In this document: one piece after another, positions 60,949 to 64,000 of the stretch
How the letters are laid out: each line of letters begins with the position of its first letter
How positions within the stretch are numbered: position 1 is the stretch's first letter
Assembly: GCA_038496445.1 (NCBI GenBank)
Contig: JALMLS010000577.1
Location: forward strand, 310,001-374,000
Source: Trichosphaerium sp. ATCC 40318
Lineage: Eukaryota > Protista > Tubulinea
Direction of reading: 5' to 3'
Length of the DNA stretch: 64,000 bases
Position numbers and translations under genes: made by a program
The notes under the pieces: generated by a model
What the model was told of the DNA's origin: nothing
Databases searched by the model: none
What the model saw: the letters and a program-made list of their open reading frames with translations, nothing else

Positions 60949-62359
60949 ATGAGTGAAACAGAAAGCAGTGGTAGCTTGGGAGTATCTAAAGTATGCGTTT
61001 ATGGTTATTTAAACTAATTAAATGCTTGTAGGTACTAGATGGAGACCCAAACGACTATGATTACCTAGCAAAAGGTATGTAAATCTCTCCGGTGTTTTAA
61101 TTTAACAAAAAAAACGTGATTAATTTTTTTTTTTGCTGTTTTGCTAACCTAACGTTTTTACAGTTGTATTTATCGGTGATAGCGGCGTAGGGAAGGTTAG
61201 TATTAATGGTAAATAAGATAAAAACTAAACAGATTCTTTTTTAGACATCCATCTTGTGTCGGTTCATCACTAATGAATTCTTGGGCGTAAGCGTACCTAC
61301 TGTATCCTTTTTGAAAAAAAAACAGAAGCAAATAATTTAGGAAGAGAAGCGCAATTTTTCGGTTCTGTACCGTTTCATACGCAGTATTATTCTTTTCTTA
61401 ATAAAGGAGATTGGTGTAGATTTCAGATCCATGACTTTTGGCACCGCAGATGATGAAATATTCGTGAAATTCCAGTTCTGGGTATGTTTTTACCTACATT
61501 AAACAACGTTAACGGACTCCCACTTACTGTGATTGTTACGATTCTACTCTTATATAAACTCCAATATCTCTTGGTTTCTGTTTGAGTCACTAACAATACA
61601 TTAAGGACACAGCTGGACAAGAGAAATACCAAGCTATAACAAGAGCGTATGCTACTTTTTTTTACTTGATCTTTTTCTTCTTTTTTTCGCTTCATTTACG
61701 TTTATTTTTAGGTATTATCGAAAGGCACACGGTGCAGTAATTGTAAGTATATAATCAAGACCGTACTTTTGTAAAAAAGTGTCATGACATCTGAGCAACT
61801 TTAATTTTGTTAAATTTATTTTAGGTTTATGATATAACACAACGTGACTCATTTGAACGAGTCAATAAATGGTTAACAGATCTATTCTTACATGAAGAAA
61901 ATTGTTTAGTAGCTGTTATTGGTAATAAATGCGATCAAACAGAAAAGAGAGTGGTTACAGTCGAAGAAGGTACAAATCTTTTTGTTTATATCAACATTCA
62001 TGAATGTTGTTTTGTTGAAAGCATACCTAGGACAAGCGCTTATTGATTTACATGAGAATGTCTTCATGGTTGAAGAAGCATCTGCAAAGACTAGTAAAAA
62101 TGTAGACGAAGGATTACTCGCCTTTGTAGAGGAGATAATGAAGTCAAGTAAGAATGAACGTTTACTCTATCGAAATTTCTAATTAAGCAAAAAATAGTCA
62201 TTGCCGACGAAGAAGAGGAAGGCGCCTTTGTTGACTTGGACGAAGACCAAGTACCGTTGTAAATACACGTTTCGGTTGTTGATATTTGACTCTTAGGGCA
62301 GCGGAACGCTTGATATTGAAGATGACAGAGCAAATAAAAGCAAATCATGTAAATGTTAA
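60949..62359 (+). CDS. Rab family small GTPase (multi-exon, C-terminal CKC)
   Basis: YDYLAKVVFIGDSGVGKT, IGVDF, WDTAGQEKY, YYRKAHG, IGNKCD, EASAK; last exon ends KSCKC*. Confidence 0.9.
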
Positions 62360-64000
62360 AAAACCAATAATTTTATGAAGAAAAAACCTTTTCTTTTCCT
62401 TCTCCTCCTTACATAGCCTTCTTATTATTTCTTAAAAACCGCTTTCATGGTGATAAAAGTGGATAGTACAAAACAAAACAACCTGGTATAGTTCCCGCAC
62501 ACTATGAATACAGTCTTAACACGGTATTCATAAATCATTTGACAATGATAAATTACACATTGTCAAAGCAACAGCGAGGACAAATACCTCATCATTTTCT
62601 TTACTGTTTATATACTTTAAAGGGATATCTAACTAATCTCGTAGGCTTTTACAACTCTCCTTGTAGCTGTGGATAGGCAAAAGGCCGACAGAATTTCAGT
62701 GTAGTGCAGTACTTTTAGTTTGAAAAATATTTATTTTCATCCTTTATTCACAACACTCTCCTGGTAGTTTACCTTTCTTTTTTGTTTGATTAAGGCCGTT
62801 AATCTCTTATCATACTTGTTGCAAAGGAAAATATGCGTATAACATGTGAATGAAACCAAGATTAGAGATAGAGTGTGCACAACAAAATATTTTCAGTTAT
62901 TGGCTTTTTTTTTTCAGACATTTCTTTCGAACGCCTTTACGGCATCTAAAGATCCTATTGGATGTGTACCAGAAAATCATCTTCAAAAGAAGGAAAATGC
63001 TTCGTCACTAGTAGTCACTAGTTCCTAACAATTTAACTTATTCTAAAAACAGTATTTCTGCGCTTGTGTGTCATATTTTTGTTTATTAGGAACTGTGTTC
63101 TAAAAATGGTAATCAACTCGATATCTAACAAAGCTAAGTGAATATCTAGATTACTATATTGACCAATTAATCGCGGTAGGAACAAGGATTGTCAATTGAC
63201 TTGATAAGCAATAATTTCGATCAGTGAAGAAGCCTCTCTTTGGGTACAACAATTCGAATATAATTGTGGTGCACAAATTACTTACCATCAACGAAAAACC
63301 GTTTCGGGGTAGTTCGTGTTTATGACGCTATTAAGCTTCCTGTCCCCTTACACTCGCTTACGACATAATATATTTTTCTCTTCACGTGTGCAGAAGTACG
63401 TACTAGCCAATCTCAACCAATAAATAAATACCCTATACTACCCCTTTCCTGTGTAGGGCAGCAGTGCTTACGAATAATAGGATACAAAGCCGCCAGAGTC
63501 CGCTACCCGCAAATCCCGCAAAAACTGTGTTATACAAGTACACACTATCTTAAGCCAACAAGATATTCAAAAAAAACCAAAAACCAACAAAGGTATCCAA
63601 CTGGTTCGATATTAATTGTTACCTTTGGTAAGTTTGCAAACTCAAATTTATCCGCTTAAGTGCGGAGAAAAAATACCAAAAAAATACAAGCTTACATTGC
63701 TTTACAGCACGTCATGACGCACCACATTTTTACGATAACCATCGTTATGTCTGGTACAATAGCCAAAACCGATTTCGTACTAAATCCTCCGAATAGCTTT
63801 ATTTATGCTCACAAACAGTCATGTACATAGTACAGAGTCAGGAGGTATGTTTTATAGCAAAAAGATCTGAAGCAAACACAAAAAAAAGCTGCACAGTATT
63901 TTCCTAAAAACAGTTTTTTCTATTGCCGTGCTGTATTGCTCACGCGTGAGGATTCATTGTAAGGTGGTAACAAAATAATAGGTTTCGATTGTGCGAATGT

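Noticed and set aside
62190-62262. Rab apparently lacking a C-terminal prenylation motif (ending DQVPL*)
   Set aside because: A further GT-AG intron (~62251-62296) gives a last exon ending KSCKC*.
62400-64000. Possible exons at the window end
   Set aside because: No coherent reading frame or motif recognised.

Overview
AT-rich, gene-dense eukaryotic (protist-like, plausibly amoebozoan) nuclear DNA with many short spliceosomal introns. Donors are typically GTACGT/GTATGT/GTAAG; several introns use GC donors and many use AAG acceptors. Conserved genes: a Frizzled/Smoothened-like GPCR, CFAP20, a TIGR02466-type 2OG-Fe(II) oxygenase, ANKRD13, a single-HKD PLD/Nuc protein, a peroxisomal acyl-CoA dehydrogenase, SMC1 followed closely by a Rad21/Rec8 kleisin, a BPI/LBP protein, a GH79 heparanase-like protein and a Rab GTPase. 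Between them sits a fast-evolving accessory layer: three F-box/21-aa-LRR genes plus a relic, two F-box-like/MORN-variant genes, other F-box genes, a triplicated C2H2-finger gene, an intact DD35D pogo transposon and a Harbinger-type MITE. The most unusual signals are (1) a well-formed tRNA gene with a bacterial-type Ala(GGC) anticodon loop but no G3:U70 alanine determinant, (2) LRR genes that vary mainly at predicted binding-face positions, (3) a lipid-anchored SAH-rod protein ending in DFRxxL actin-binding-like motifs, and (4) strong window-wide enrichment of CACGTG. All gene models were spliced by eye, so exon boundaries and some ends are approximate.
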